From the NCBI GenBank assembly GCA_039179045.1, contig JBCDEZ010000023.1:1-22581 (forward strand): a stretch of 22,581 nucleotides of DNA, written 5' to 3'. The notes below the pieces were generated by a model. The model searched no databases. It was not told the origin of the DNA and was given only the letters and a program-made list of their open reading frames with translations. Shown here piece by piece: positions 8,766-17,884 of this stretch. This stretch comes from Chlamydiota bacterium (GTDB lineage: Bacteria > Chlamydiota > Chlamydiia > Chlamydiales > SM23-39). The translations under genes and the position numbers were made by a program. Every line of letters starts with the position of its first letter. Within the stretch, counting starts at the first letter, position 1.

Positions 8766-9317
8766 TTACACGAGATCTCTTAGGAAAAACGCATCTGGTC
8801 TTTTTTTCAGAAAAAGAGCGGGAAGCGCTTGATCCTCGTAGATTTTGAACTCCTCGGGATCAATAAGGAAGGGCGCGCCTGTACGCGCCCCTTGCAAAGC
8901 GACAGTTTTTGCAAGGCACGATCCATCACTTGTAAAAAGTATCTCCTTTGGTTCTTGCAAAATCAAGCCGGCAAACTGTTGTTGTGCAGGATAGCGCATT
9001 TCAGTGAGAGTAACGTGCAAGAGCACCCCCCCCTTATCGGGCAATAAGGAAAGAGAGATGTCTTTCCCGCTTATGCGAGCAAACATCTGGACAACTCGTA
9101 GCTCCGTAGAGAGACGCTCAAAAGCACTTACTTCCCCTTTGTGACCCAAAGTAAGAATCTGGCTTTGAAAAATGAGCGCCGCAATACCTAGCAAAGTAAT
9201 GGTGAGCAAAATATCGATGAGAGTAAGGGCTCTTTTCCGATATGGATAAGAACTACCCGTTACGTTCTTGTTTTTCAGCAATTTCTCGCTCTTTAGCCAC
9301 TTCTTGATTTTGTTCAT
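8766..9317 (-). CDS. Minor pseudopilin-like protein (GspH-like position)
   Basis: Prepilin-like segment RKRA-LTLIDILLTITLLGIAALIF, directly downstream of the GspG-like gene. The start is uncertain (ATG 9329, ATG 9317 or TTG 9281). Confidence 0.7.
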   Translation of the reverse strand: MNKIKKWLKSEKLLKNKNVTGSSYPYRKRALTLIDILLTITLLGIAALIFQSQILTLGHKGEVSAFERLSTELRVVQMFARISGKDISLSLLPDKGGVLLHVTLTEMRYPAQQQFAGLILQEPKEILFTSDGSCLAKTVALQGARTGAPFLIDPEEFKIYEDQALPALFLKKRPDAFFLRDLV

Positions 9318-9687
9318 GATTCTTGGCATTTTGCCTCCGGGCCGGATAGTTCTCTGAATACACAACCAAAGCACCATCTTGCACTTGCACCTGCAATGTA
9401 TCTCCCCAGCCATCTTTCAAAAGCTTGGAAGGCTCTTTTACAAGCCCTGATCTTTTGAGGTAATATTGAGGTGTGTTGGCAAGCTGCTCTAAACTAAGGT
9501 TGTGGTTTAGGGAATACTCCAATTCGAGAATATCGCGCACTTTTTGAATGGCTAATTCTGTTTGCTTGATTTTACCCCGGTTGAGAGCTCCTTGCATATT
9601 GTATCCAATCACCGCAGTGATGATGCCAATTAGAGCGATTACAATCATCATCTCGATGATGCTCAAGGGGTGCTTTTTCTTCTTCAT
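9253..9687 (-). CDS. gspG: Type II secretion major pseudopilin GspG-like protein
   Basis: SD GGAGGT, then MKKKKHP-LSIIEMMIVIALIGIITAVIGYNMQGAL. Contains KDGWG, equivalent to the GspG DPWG motif. Follows gspF. Confidence 0.85.
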   Translation of the reverse strand: MKKKKHPLSIIEMMIVIALIGIITAVIGYNMQGALNRGKIKQTELAIQKVRDILELEYSLNHNLSLEQLANTPQYYLKRSGLVKEPSKLLKDGWGDTLQVQVQDGALVVYSENYPARRQNAKNHEQNQEVAKEREIAEKQERNG

Positions 9688-9698
9688 GATACCTCCAG

Positions 9699-10880
9699 TT
9701 ATTCGATAAAAGAACTTACATCGGTCAAGGGCAATAGAACAGAAAGTAACACAAGACCTACAATCGCTCCGATGAAGAGCATAAGCAGGGGCTGCAAATA
9801 TCCCGTGCATTTCTGTAAAGAATCAGAAAACTCCTCTTCGTAAATTGCTGCGATGTGATGGAACATTTCTGCTGCTTTGCCACTTTTTTCTGCAATTGCT
9901 ACCATACGCACGACAAAATGGGGCATATACGCGCTTTTTTCAAACTCTTTTGAAAGAGTGTTTCCCTGCAACAATCCCTCTTTGATTTTCTCAAGCTCCT
10001 CGGCAAAAAACGAGTGTTTAACCACATTTTTGGAAAGGTCGATCGCCTCTACCATGGGAATGCCTGCCTCTAAAAGAGTAGCTGTAGAACGAGAAAATCG
10101 GATCAAGGTGTGCTTGACTATAAGGTCTTTGAAAAGAGGCGTGCGCAACAACAGTTTGGCCCGCAGAGCACTGCAAAAAGAAAAGCGACTCAAAATCAAT
10201 AGAAAAAGCAGAGAACACAAAGACCCTAATAGTAGTGAATAGCCATGATCTATACAAAAAGCGCTTGCTGCCAAAACCCCTCGCGTGAAAGCACCTAAAG
10301 AGCGCCCAACAAATAGTGGAGAGAGCGAAGGGATGATGAAAAAAAGGAGCCCTAGCAAGATCAGGATGGAAAATGAGAAAAGAAGTAGAGGATAACTGAC
10401 TGCTTGTAGAATTTTCTTGCGCAATGAACCCTGTTTTTCCATAAGAGCGTTTAGCTCTAAAAGCATCCCTTCCAAATTCCCCGACTTCTCTGCATTTTCC
10501 ACCATTTTTGCGTAGAGAGGATCGAAGGTTTTTGGATGCAGCAGTAGGGCTGCTGAGAGGGACTTGCCCTGTTTTACGCTTTCGATCAGATCGAGGAGAA
10601 TCGTATGCGTACGCTTGCCTTGATACTTCTCCTCAATCGCCAAAAGGCTTTCAAAAAGAGGAAGGCCTGCCTGTAAAAGTTTTGCAAGCTCTTTGGTAAA
10701 ACTTTGGACCTCCTTTCTTTTCCAGTGCACGTGCTGGCTTTGTTTGTACTCCCGGATGTTCCAAACCAGCAAGTTGGTCTTGCTCAGTTTGCCTTTAGCA
10801 TCGGGTAGGGTGTCTGCGTTGACATATCCTCTCTTCTTCTCTCCATTTCCTGCGACCGCTTGGTATTCATAGAGGGGCAT
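9699..10880 (-). CDS. gspF: Type II secretion inner-membrane platform protein F
   Basis: Starts MPLYEYQA. Motifs LLQAGLPL, AEKSGNL, AVSYP, LLEAGIP and AEKSG. Three TM segments. Overlaps the gspE end by 14 nt. Confidence 0.95.
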   Translation of the reverse strand: MPLYEYQAVAGNGEKKRGYVNADTLPDAKGKLSKTNLLVWNIREYKQSQHVHWKRKEVQSFTKELAKLLQAGLPLFESLLAIEEKYQGKRTHTILLDLIESVKQGKSLSAALLLHPKTFDPLYAKMVENAEKSGNLEGMLLELNALMEKQGSLRKKILQAVSYPLLLFSFSILILLGLLFFIIPSLSPLFVGRSLGAFTRGVLAASAFCIDHGYSLLLGSLCSLLFLLILSRFSFCSALRAKLLLRTPLFKDLIVKHTLIRFSRSTATLLEAGIPMVEAIDLSKNVVKHSFFAEELEKIKEGLLQGNTLSKEFEKSAYMPHFVVRMVAIAEKSGKAAEMFHHIAAIYEEEFSDSLQKCTGYLQPLLMLFIGAIVGLVLLSVLLPLTDVSSFIE

Positions 10881-12384
10881 GCATATCCTCCTTAACACCA
10901 ACTTTTACCACGCGCGCCACTTCTGCAAGGGTTGTAATTCCCGCAAGAGCCAGACAAACGCCGTGCTCTTTGAGTCCCATGAAAGGAGTAGCTGCGCGGA
11001 TCGCATCTGCTACAGAAGATTGCATGATTTCCCGCTTTATAGCAGGTGTAATCGGCATGTACTCGTAGATAGCACATCTTCCCCGGTATCCCGTCTGGTA
11101 GCAAAATGAGCAACCACGTCCCCGGTAAAAAGTAGTCGTCTTTTCGTTGGTAAAAAGAGAGACGTACTCAGGTTCAGGCGAGTAGGACTCTTTGCATTTG
11201 GTACAAATTTTGCGTACGAGGCGCTGAGCGATCACTCCAATCACTGAAGAGGCGAGCAGGTACGGCTCAATACCCATCTCCAAAAGACGGGTGATTGCCG
11301 AAGGAGCATCGTTTGTGTGCAAGGTGCTAAATACAAGGTGTCCTGTAAGAGAGGCTTGAATTGCGATTTCTGCCGTTTCCACATCACGAATTTCCCCCAC
11401 CATAATCACATCGGGATCTTGTCTCAAGATATGGCGCAGCCCCGAGCTAAAGGTGAGATCGATCTTGGGATTCACTCCAATCTGCGCGATGAGGGGGAGC
11501 TTATACTCAACGGGATCTTCAATCGTCATGATGTTGCATTCTTCTGCATTGAGATCGCGTATAGCGCTATAAAGAGTGGTTGTTTTTCCGCTACCGGTTG
11601 GTCCTGTTACAAGTACGATTCCCTCGGGTGATTTGATGAGGCTACGGAAATCCGTAAGGAGAGGATCGGGCATATTGATTCGACTGAGGCCAAGCAAGAT
11701 ATTGCTTTTGTCGAGGAGTCTCAAAACAAGTCGTTCTCCTAAATGCGTGGGAATCGTACTCACTCGAAAGTCGACCTCTCTTCCTCCCATGGTCAACTTG
11801 AGGCGACCATCTTGGGGTAGCCTTGTTTCTGCAATGTCGAGCTTGGCCATCACCTTGATGCGAACAATCAAAGCTTTTTCTAGCGCTCTAGGAGGTTCGT
11901 AGCGCTTTTGCAAAATCCCATCGATCCGAAAACGAACAAGAAGTCCCCCTTCGACAGGCTCGAAGTGGATATCAGAGACCCCATGACCTATTGCCTCCAT
12001 GAAGATCATGTTCAAAAGGCGGACTACGGGATTTTGTGAGGATTGCTCGAGCAAATCGTAGCCCTCTCCTGAATCCACCTCTACAGACCCCTCTTCTTGT
12101 GCCGGCTCTTTCCCCTCTTGTTTTTTGCCATAACAAGTCTGAATCGCCTCTTCTAATACAATAGGGTCGACGAGGACTGATTTGACCGGCTTTTGGAGAA
12201 ATAGGCGTGCTTCTGTAAGAGCGTCTAAGTGATCGGAACGGCTCACTGCAACAAGGAATTTTCCCTCTTCTTCCTGGAGAGGAAGAATTTGTTGAGTTTT
12301 CACAAAGAGGTAGGGCAAAGGGGTTTGCCCTTCCTTTATAAAGGGAAAGTCTAAAAGATGTTCGAGTACGGGTTTTTTAGACAT
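10867..12384 (-). CDS. gspE: Type II secretion ATPase E
   Basis: SDIHFEP, Walker A GPTGSGKTT, Asp box TIEDPVE, Walker B VIMVGEIRD, His box STLHTN, and tetracysteine CTKC...CSFC. An alternative TTG start at 12405 overlaps the gspD stop. Confidence 0.97.
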   Translation of the reverse strand: MSKKPVLEHLLDFPFIKEGQTPLPYLFVKTQQILPLQEEEGKFLVAVSRSDHLDALTEARLFLQKPVKSVLVDPIVLEEAIQTCYGKKQEGKEPAQEEGSVEVDSGEGYDLLEQSSQNPVVRLLNMIFMEAIGHGVSDIHFEPVEGGLLVRFRIDGILQKRYEPPRALEKALIVRIKVMAKLDIAETRLPQDGRLKLTMGGREVDFRVSTIPTHLGERLVLRLLDKSNILLGLSRINMPDPLLTDFRSLIKSPEGIVLVTGPTGSGKTTTLYSAIRDLNAEECNIMTIEDPVEYKLPLIAQIGVNPKIDLTFSSGLRHILRQDPDVIMVGEIRDVETAEIAIQASLTGHLVFSTLHTNDAPSAITRLLEMGIEPYLLASSVIGVIAQRLVRKICTKCKESYSPEPEYVSLFTNEKTTTFYRGRGCSFCYQTGYRGRCAIYEYMPITPAIKREIMQSSVADAIRAATPFMGLKEHGVCLALAGITTLAEVARVVKVGVKEDMHAPL

Positions 12385-12401
12385 CTTCACCACATGTTTC
12401 G

Positions 12402-14609
12402 TCAAGAGGCGTGAGAAAACAGGAAGTCGATGCTACTTTCAAAAAGCTTTTGCTTTTCCTTTTGGCGTGCCTCTTGAATTTTCGCTAGAAATTCGGGGAG
12501 ATCTCCCGCTCGCTTCTTCAATTCCTCCATCCGAATTTTGCGTAAATCTTCTGCAGGGTGCTTGACAATCGTTGGTGTGATGAAGATGAACATTTCCTTG
12601 TTGTAGTGGTTGGTGGTACTCATCGAAAAGAACTTTCCTAGTCCTGGAATATCTCCCCAAAAGGGGATTTTTTCCTCGGTATTCTCACTCGTCATCTGGC
12701 GGAGTCCTCCTAAAATGATCGTCTCGCCATCAGCTACGGTCACATAATTTTTGATCCCCCTTTTCGTGACCGGGGGGCGGTTATCCGAAGAGCTAGTTGT
12801 CGTATCAAAGGAGATATCGGTCGCCATGGTGATGAAGCCTGTCTCTCCCTCCTCTTCCGAGTAGTGGATCGTGGGCGTCATTTTCAAAATGGTACCATAC
12901 TGCGCTCGCGTGAAGGAATTTTCTACCTTGGGGTTAGCAGATGCAGGGTCGAGAACAGCGCCATTGTTGATCGAAATTTCTTCCACGATAGAAATCAAGG
13001 CAGGGGTCTGATTGATCGCAAGGACCGAGGGGTTGGCATTGATCTTGAGATCTTTTTGCGTCATCAAAAAATTGTAGGTCATATCCAAGCCGAAAGAGCG
13101 TCCCGACTCCTTTCCTCCGGGATTGTGCGTCCTTGCAAAGACGAAATCGAGAAGCCCCCCTCCTCCATCTTTTGATCCGAGAAAAGTGGAATAAGCAGCG
13201 TTTCTCGTTACGTTCGATCCTACCTTCAACAAATTGATTCCTGATCTTCCCCGATCTTGCACACACTTTTCTACAAGCAACACATCGATCTGCACCATTT
13301 TTTTTGGAACATCGATTTTTTGCAACAGTGCTTTGATTTTTGGAATTTGATCTTTGCGGATGACCATCAAAATAGCGCCTGTTTTCGGATCTATGATGAA
13401 ATTGCCCTCCATGGGCAGTGTTTGTTGTTTTGCAAAAGAGGCTTGTGGCTCTCTAGAGCTCCCGTTTTTTGCAAGCGGCGTGGATTCTGATTTTTGAGAG
13501 TCTGTTTGCAGCAAAGAGTCGTATACCTGGTTCAAGATTTCTCCAACATCTTCGGGATTCGAGTGCTTGCAACTGTACCAGTAAACCGTCATTTCGTACG
13601 GATCTTCGAGTTGGCTTTCTAAATCGGCTAGAAGGGACTCTGCGCGTGCGATGGCATGCTGATTGCCAATCAGAACAAGTCCCTGGGGGATGGCAATGAA
13701 AATGAGCTCATCGGATAGATGGCTATGGATCGGAATTTTTCCCTTATAGCCAGGATCGGGGAAAAACGCTTTGAGCACTTTTTCCGCTTCAGCCACATCC
13801 ATTTTTTGCATCGAGATCACACGCACCACTTTTTCTGTTGTTTTCTCCCAAATGGCGTGGTAGAGGCTGAGCAATTTTTCGATATTCTCCTTAGAAGACA
13901 CGATCACGATTTTATTGCCCACAATCTGCACACTCGTCTCTTTGGGATCAGAAAAACGGGTGAAAAAGTTTTGCAAGGCCTTGATCTGCTCTGCATGAGG
14001 GGCAAACACATAGGCGATCCTTGTGCCTGCGTTAAAAAGCTCCAAGCCCTCTTCGGTTTTGCAAAGCGCCTCTACGCGGCTTAGGTCTTGTTTGAGGAAA
14101 AATAGCTTTTTCGCATAGGGAGAAATCTGTTTTACCCCAATACCGTTGGAGTGAAGCAACAATTTGATCATGTCGTCCCAAGCGCTTCTAGGCAAGGGAA
14201 TGCCTGAGAAAATTTGCAACTTCACATTGATTAGTTCGGGGGGAATGATATAGAGATAATCGACAGAACCATACTCTGCGATCAGCTGAGAGAGAGTCAT
14301 TTCACCCGGATCCCAAACACCACAACCCTCTTCAGTAAAAATTCCCGTGTCTGCAAAGTGCATCCGCCAGTTTTCCTCAAGCTCTTCCAGGGCCAATTTA
14401 CACGTTCGAATCTCTTCGAGAAGTAGAGGAAGCTCGTCTTCAGGCACTTGCCACGCTGCTTGGTACTTTTCCTGCAAAGCTTTTTTTAAAGCAAACATTT
14501 CTTGATCGATTGCCTGGGGATGTTCAGAAGCAAAGGGATCGCTCAAAGTTCCCGAATCGGCAAAAGCGATGAAAGCGCAAGATAAGCAGAAAAAAAGGGC
14601 TTGTATCAT
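12402..14609 (-). CDS. gspD: Type II secretion secretin D
   Basis: Signal peptide and N3-like repeats, then the secretin domain: IDVPKKMVQIDVLLVE, NPSVLAINQTPA, VADGETIILGGL, KIPFWGDIPGLGKFF, FIFITP. Confidence 0.95.
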   Translation of the reverse strand: MIQALFFCLSCAFIAFADSGTLSDPFASEHPQAIDQEMFALKKALQEKYQAAWQVPEDELPLLLEEIRTCKLALEELEENWRMHFADTGIFTEEGCGVWDPGEMTLSQLIAEYGSVDYLYIIPPELINVKLQIFSGIPLPRSAWDDMIKLLLHSNGIGVKQISPYAKKLFFLKQDLSRVEALCKTEEGLELFNAGTRIAYVFAPHAEQIKALQNFFTRFSDPKETSVQIVGNKIVIVSSKENIEKLLSLYHAIWEKTTEKVVRVISMQKMDVAEAEKVLKAFFPDPGYKGKIPIHSHLSDELIFIAIPQGLVLIGNQHAIARAESLLADLESQLEDPYEMTVYWYSCKHSNPEDVGEILNQVYDSLLQTDSQKSESTPLAKNGSSREPQASFAKQQTLPMEGNFIIDPKTGAILMVIRKDQIPKIKALLQKIDVPKKMVQIDVLLVEKCVQDRGRSGINLLKVGSNVTRNAAYSTFLGSKDGGGGLLDFVFARTHNPGGKESGRSFGLDMTYNFLMTQKDLKINANPSVLAINQTPALISIVEEISINNGAVLDPASANPKVENSFTRAQYGTILKMTPTIHYSEEEGETGFITMATDISFDTTTSSSDNRPPVTKRGIKNYVTVADGETIILGGLRQMTSENTEEKIPFWGDIPGLGKFFSMSTTNHYNKEMFIFITPTIVKHPAEDLRKIRMEELKKRAGDLPEFLAKIQEARQKEKQKLFESSIDFLFSHAS

Positions 14610-15808
14610 GGAGGAGATCTCGTTTTAGATTTCGTAGAAAGATGAGAAGGGGGGCCATTTTTCACATAGATCCATTCCTCTTCCACTGGCAAACAGGCAA
14701 TGCGAAAAGGAGAATAAAGCTTACCACAAAACCATTTTTTCCCCTCTCTTTTACAGAGTTTCTCAAAAAAAAAGGTGGGGCACTCGGTCAAAAGGCGTTG
14801 CAGCTCTGCCTCAGACTCGACTCTTTGCCAGCTTCCACCGATTTTTGCAGCCCATTGTCCAGGACGCATCAACAAGGGGGAATTTTCTAAACTGAAGGCA
14901 AGTGTTTTCGGGGTTTTTAAGGAATGAATTTCCAGAGAATTGCCAGAAAATGTGCAAGGAATCGAGGCTTGTCTTTTGAGAGAAATCAATGCATATTTTT
15001 CCCCCGAACAGTTCCAAGCTTCACAGACGAGCGTAGTATCATCAGCTTTTTGCACGCGAAAGAGGGGTTGATCTAGTTCTTCATCTGCAAAAGAGTTTGC
15101 TTTCCAAACGCTCCCGTCGTGCACGCAGCAATCTCCCACACGAAGAGGCAAACAGGTGCCTAAAGACGTCCGGACCCAATAGACTTTTTGAGAATAGGCT
15201 TTTTCTACGAAGAGATCCTCCCCCAGGTATTGGGCTTTTGCAAGATAGGCAAAGCAAGGCTCCGCTTGCAAAAGCGCGGTTTCGGGTAGCGGCTCAAAGC
15301 GAAGTGTCCAAAGCCGCTCTTCTGCAGGGTCGAAAGAAAGCCGCTTGGGTTTCCATCGAGGCTGCAAAACGAGGAGACCTGGTTCACAGCGAACCGGCTC
15401 CAAAGAAAAGTCGCTTTTTTCTGCAAAATAGAGCTTCGGCATCTCCCCAGAAGAGTAGGGCTCATACGCCAAGTACAAGGGCTTAGTTGAAGAAAGAGAC
15501 AGGGGCTCTTCTCCACGAATCCCCAGAAAAACATGTCCCTGTCCTTTGCCTGGCTTGGGAGGTGTGTAGCGAGCTACAAGTTTGCTTTGAAAAGAGGGGT
15601 AAGGAGCCTTCTTTGCAACCACTCTTTGGTAGAAAAGAGTCTCCTGGAAAGAGGGATCTTTCTCCACTTTCCGAGACACCTCCACGTCCCAAATATTTTC
15701 GGCACAAATCAAAGGAGGAAGGACACGCACATGAATGCAAGCAATAGCAAAAAAGGTAGCGAGAGCGCTCAGGCAAAAAATCCAGAAAAAGACCTGCTTT
15801 TTCCTCAA
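14606..15808 (-). CDS. Membrane-anchored hypothetical protein heading the T2SS operon (positional equivalent of Chlamydia CT573)
   Basis: 400 aa with an N-terminal TM segment and an ATGA overlap with gspD. Its position and size fit the gene found upstream of gspD in chlamydiae. Confidence 0.8.
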   Translation of the reverse strand: MRKKQVFFWIFCLSALATFFAIACIHVRVLPPLICAENIWDVEVSRKVEKDPSFQETLFYQRVVAKKAPYPSFQSKLVARYTPPKPGKGQGHVFLGIRGEEPLSLSSTKPLYLAYEPYSSGEMPKLYFAEKSDFSLEPVRCEPGLLVLQPRWKPKRLSFDPAEERLWTLRFEPLPETALLQAEPCFAYLAKAQYLGEDLFVEKAYSQKVYWVRTSLGTCLPLRVGDCCVHDGSVWKANSFADEELDQPLFRVQKADDTTLVCEAWNCSGEKYALISLKRQASIPCTFSGNSLEIHSLKTPKTLAFSLENSPLLMRPGQWAAKIGGSWQRVESEAELQRLLTECPTFFFEKLCKREGKKWFCGKLYSPFRIACLPVEEEWIYVKNGPPSHLSTKSKTRSPP

Positions 15809-15888
15809 AAACTTCTCCCTTGTTCGAGATAAACGAAGGTTACAACCTTAAGCGATTAGAAAAAAAAAACAAAGAAAAGATCAGATAA

Positions 15889-15917
15889 TTGCAAAAAAAT
15901 AATTATTTATTTACATT
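15889..15917 (+). promoter_or_regulatory. Putative sigma70-type promoter in the divergent intergenic region
   Basis: TTGCAA (15889-15894), 17-nt spacer, TACATT (15912-15917), with an A-rich tract upstream. Confidence 0.4.
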
Positions 15918-16000
15918 TGTATTAGACCCCTTGCATTGCAATCGCTGGGGGGCGAGCAATGCATAAACCATTGATAATATACAATCTAGGAGTGAGTTCT

Positions 16001-16393
16001 ATGGAAAAAAAGGATAACTTATCGGAAAAGATCAAAGAAGGGGTCTCAGTCCAAGAAATCGAAAATTTTGCAAAAAAATACACCACGGAGATTTTTATCA
16101 TCGTAGCCCTTGTCGTCGCGTTTTTTTCCAGTGTCTTCGGACTGTTTACCGGATCTACGGCAAGCCTATTTTTCGCAATTGTAGGTGTCATCCTCTCCCT
16201 TTTGATTCCCCAGCACATCGAAAGGCTTGGGAAAAAAGCTGCAGATTTTCTACGCAAACAAGACAAAACCGTGCAAATGGTCATCGGAATTGCGCGCATT
16301 GTGATCGCTTTTTTCCTGCCTTTCTTGATCTTCGCTGTAATCGGATTGCATGCAGGATTGGGTTTTCATGCCTTTCGTGGGGAAGAACTGTAG
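16001..16393 (+). CDS. Small integral membrane protein, 130 aa
   Basis: SD AGGAG precedes the ATG at 16001. Two long hydrophobic blocks are separated by a basic amphipathic linker. It resembles a hypothetical family I recall from environmental chlamydiae (EGVSVxEIExF, IGLHxG). Confidence 0.85.
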   Translation: MEKKDNLSEKIKEGVSVQEIENFAKKYTTEIFIIVALVVAFFSSVFGLFTGSTASLFFAIVGVILSLLIPQHIERLGKKAADFLRKQDKTVQMVIGIARIVIAFFLPFLIFAVIGLHAGLGFHAFRGEEL

Positions 16394-16889
16394 GACATAG
16401 GGCAGCCAACAGCACCCCCAGAGCGATGCTGTTGCGCTCCTTAATTTTGGAACTGGTGCGCCCGTCTATTCGCACCGCTCCCAATGTGACCGAACCATTC
16501 GTTGCGCGCAAACGGAAAGCTTTTCGAATACTAGAGACAAAAGCCAGCAGGACAGTCCCTTGCAAATGAGCAGCTCCTTTTTTTGCCATAGAGTTGTTCT
16601 GGATTGTCCTACTGTTCTACTACCTCCGATGGACCGAATCTCGACTCTTCCTTAAGAGACAATTTCTCTTGAAATTGTAACCTACTCGCTATCAACCGGG
16701 TATATATTGCACGGACAGAGTTTTCGGGGCTTCCACCGAAGAAATTGTTCTCTCATGAAACAAGTTGATCTATTGCGAGCACGTCTTGAAAAGATTTGCC
16801 GTTTTCTTCTTATGAATAGAGCTTTATTATCTCTTCTCGATAGATCTTTCGAACCAGCAAATCAATTCATCGATACAATGAACTTTTTC

Positions 16890-17108
16890 TGGTACACAAA
16901 AAAATCGTATGGAAAATGCTCTTGTAGAAACAGCATTCTCTAGGATGAAAGGACTCTATGGTCCCATGTTCTACTCAAGAAAACCAAGCGCTCAAAGAGT
17001 AGATGGTTAATTAAAATGCCTGATGAATCAAATGATAAGAACCGAGAGCTAGAAAATCTTCAAGGATAGTCCTGGTTGGTCTGAAAATCTGATTTTTTCA
17101 ACAAGGCC
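16890..17108 (+). mobile_element. IS5-family (IS903 group) right-end remnant: transposase C-terminal pseudogene plus terminal inverted repeat
   Basis: WYTKKSYGK, a frameshift at 16917, then ALVETAFSRMKGLYGPMFYSRKPSAQRVDG*LKCLMNQM. This fits the Y-x2-R-x3-E-x6-K (YREK) signature with the Arg codon lost. There is an in-frame TAA at 17008. The IR TGATTTTTTCAACAAGGCC lies at 17090-17108. Confidence 0.85.
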
Positions 17109-17884
17109 ATCGAAAATCCTATTTTATAGGAAAAGTCTGCGGCATAGTAACTAGCCGCTCGACACCGAGCCTAGCTTTTAGGTACAAACTCTCTGCAACC
17201 CAATCATCTCCCGTCAAAGAATCTCGTTTCGAATTGATCGATTGCCTACAAGAATTGCATGCAAGGAGGCAGCCTATTGAAAAATTCTACTGTAACAACC
17301 CGACGCTGGTACGAGGCTAAGGCACCCGCTAAGATGGCAGCACTGATATGACGCATTTCTATTCAACAATTCGATTTTGGATACAATCTCTATTCAATGG
17401 AAAAAGGTCATCACCCTTCTTTTTAGCAGGATTAGGGGTAGGAGCTATCACGGAGAAAATCCAAAGTGACAATCCCTAACATACCAAGATTTCCGAGCCT
17501 CCGACCGCGATGTATCCAGGAAATTTCGCCTACTTGATTGAGAAGAGCGCGCATTCAGCCCTGAGGAAGTTGTGCTATTTTATGCTTCTTGGAATCTTCC
17601 ATTGTCCTGTAGTTCATCCGAACTCTCGCCAGGGGCCGGTAGATTGCCTCCCCAAATCCGAGCGGGGGCAATACCAGAAACTAAGGGTAGCGCTTTTATA
17701 CCTTAACAATACTCGTTGACACCGCCTCTGCGCTCTTGTATGTCTTCCAGATTTTTGGAGTTAGAAAATTGTAAGAGAGCTTTAGCAAGCTCTTAAGGGT
17801 CCCCAAGTCTTCGGCAAAGTCGTACAAGGAATTTCCGTTGCAAGAAATGCTGGACAGAACCATCGTTATTTCTCTATTAACTGA

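Noticed and set aside
16281..16943. ORFs 16281-16589 (-) and 16707-16943 (+)
   Set aside because: The first overlaps a real gene in antisense. The second only clips the frameshifted transposase relic. Neither has a recognisable product.
8343..17117. Target-site duplication around the IS903-like repeat pair
   Set aside because: The flanks CCGCAATTC and ATCGAAAAT differ, so a single recent transposition event is not demonstrated.
17510..17800. 69-aa ORF and weak hairpins (TTGCCTCC...GGGGGCAA; AGAGCTT-TAGC-AAGCTCT)
   Set aside because: The ORF is short with no coding evidence, and the stems are short or imperfect with no clear U-tract.
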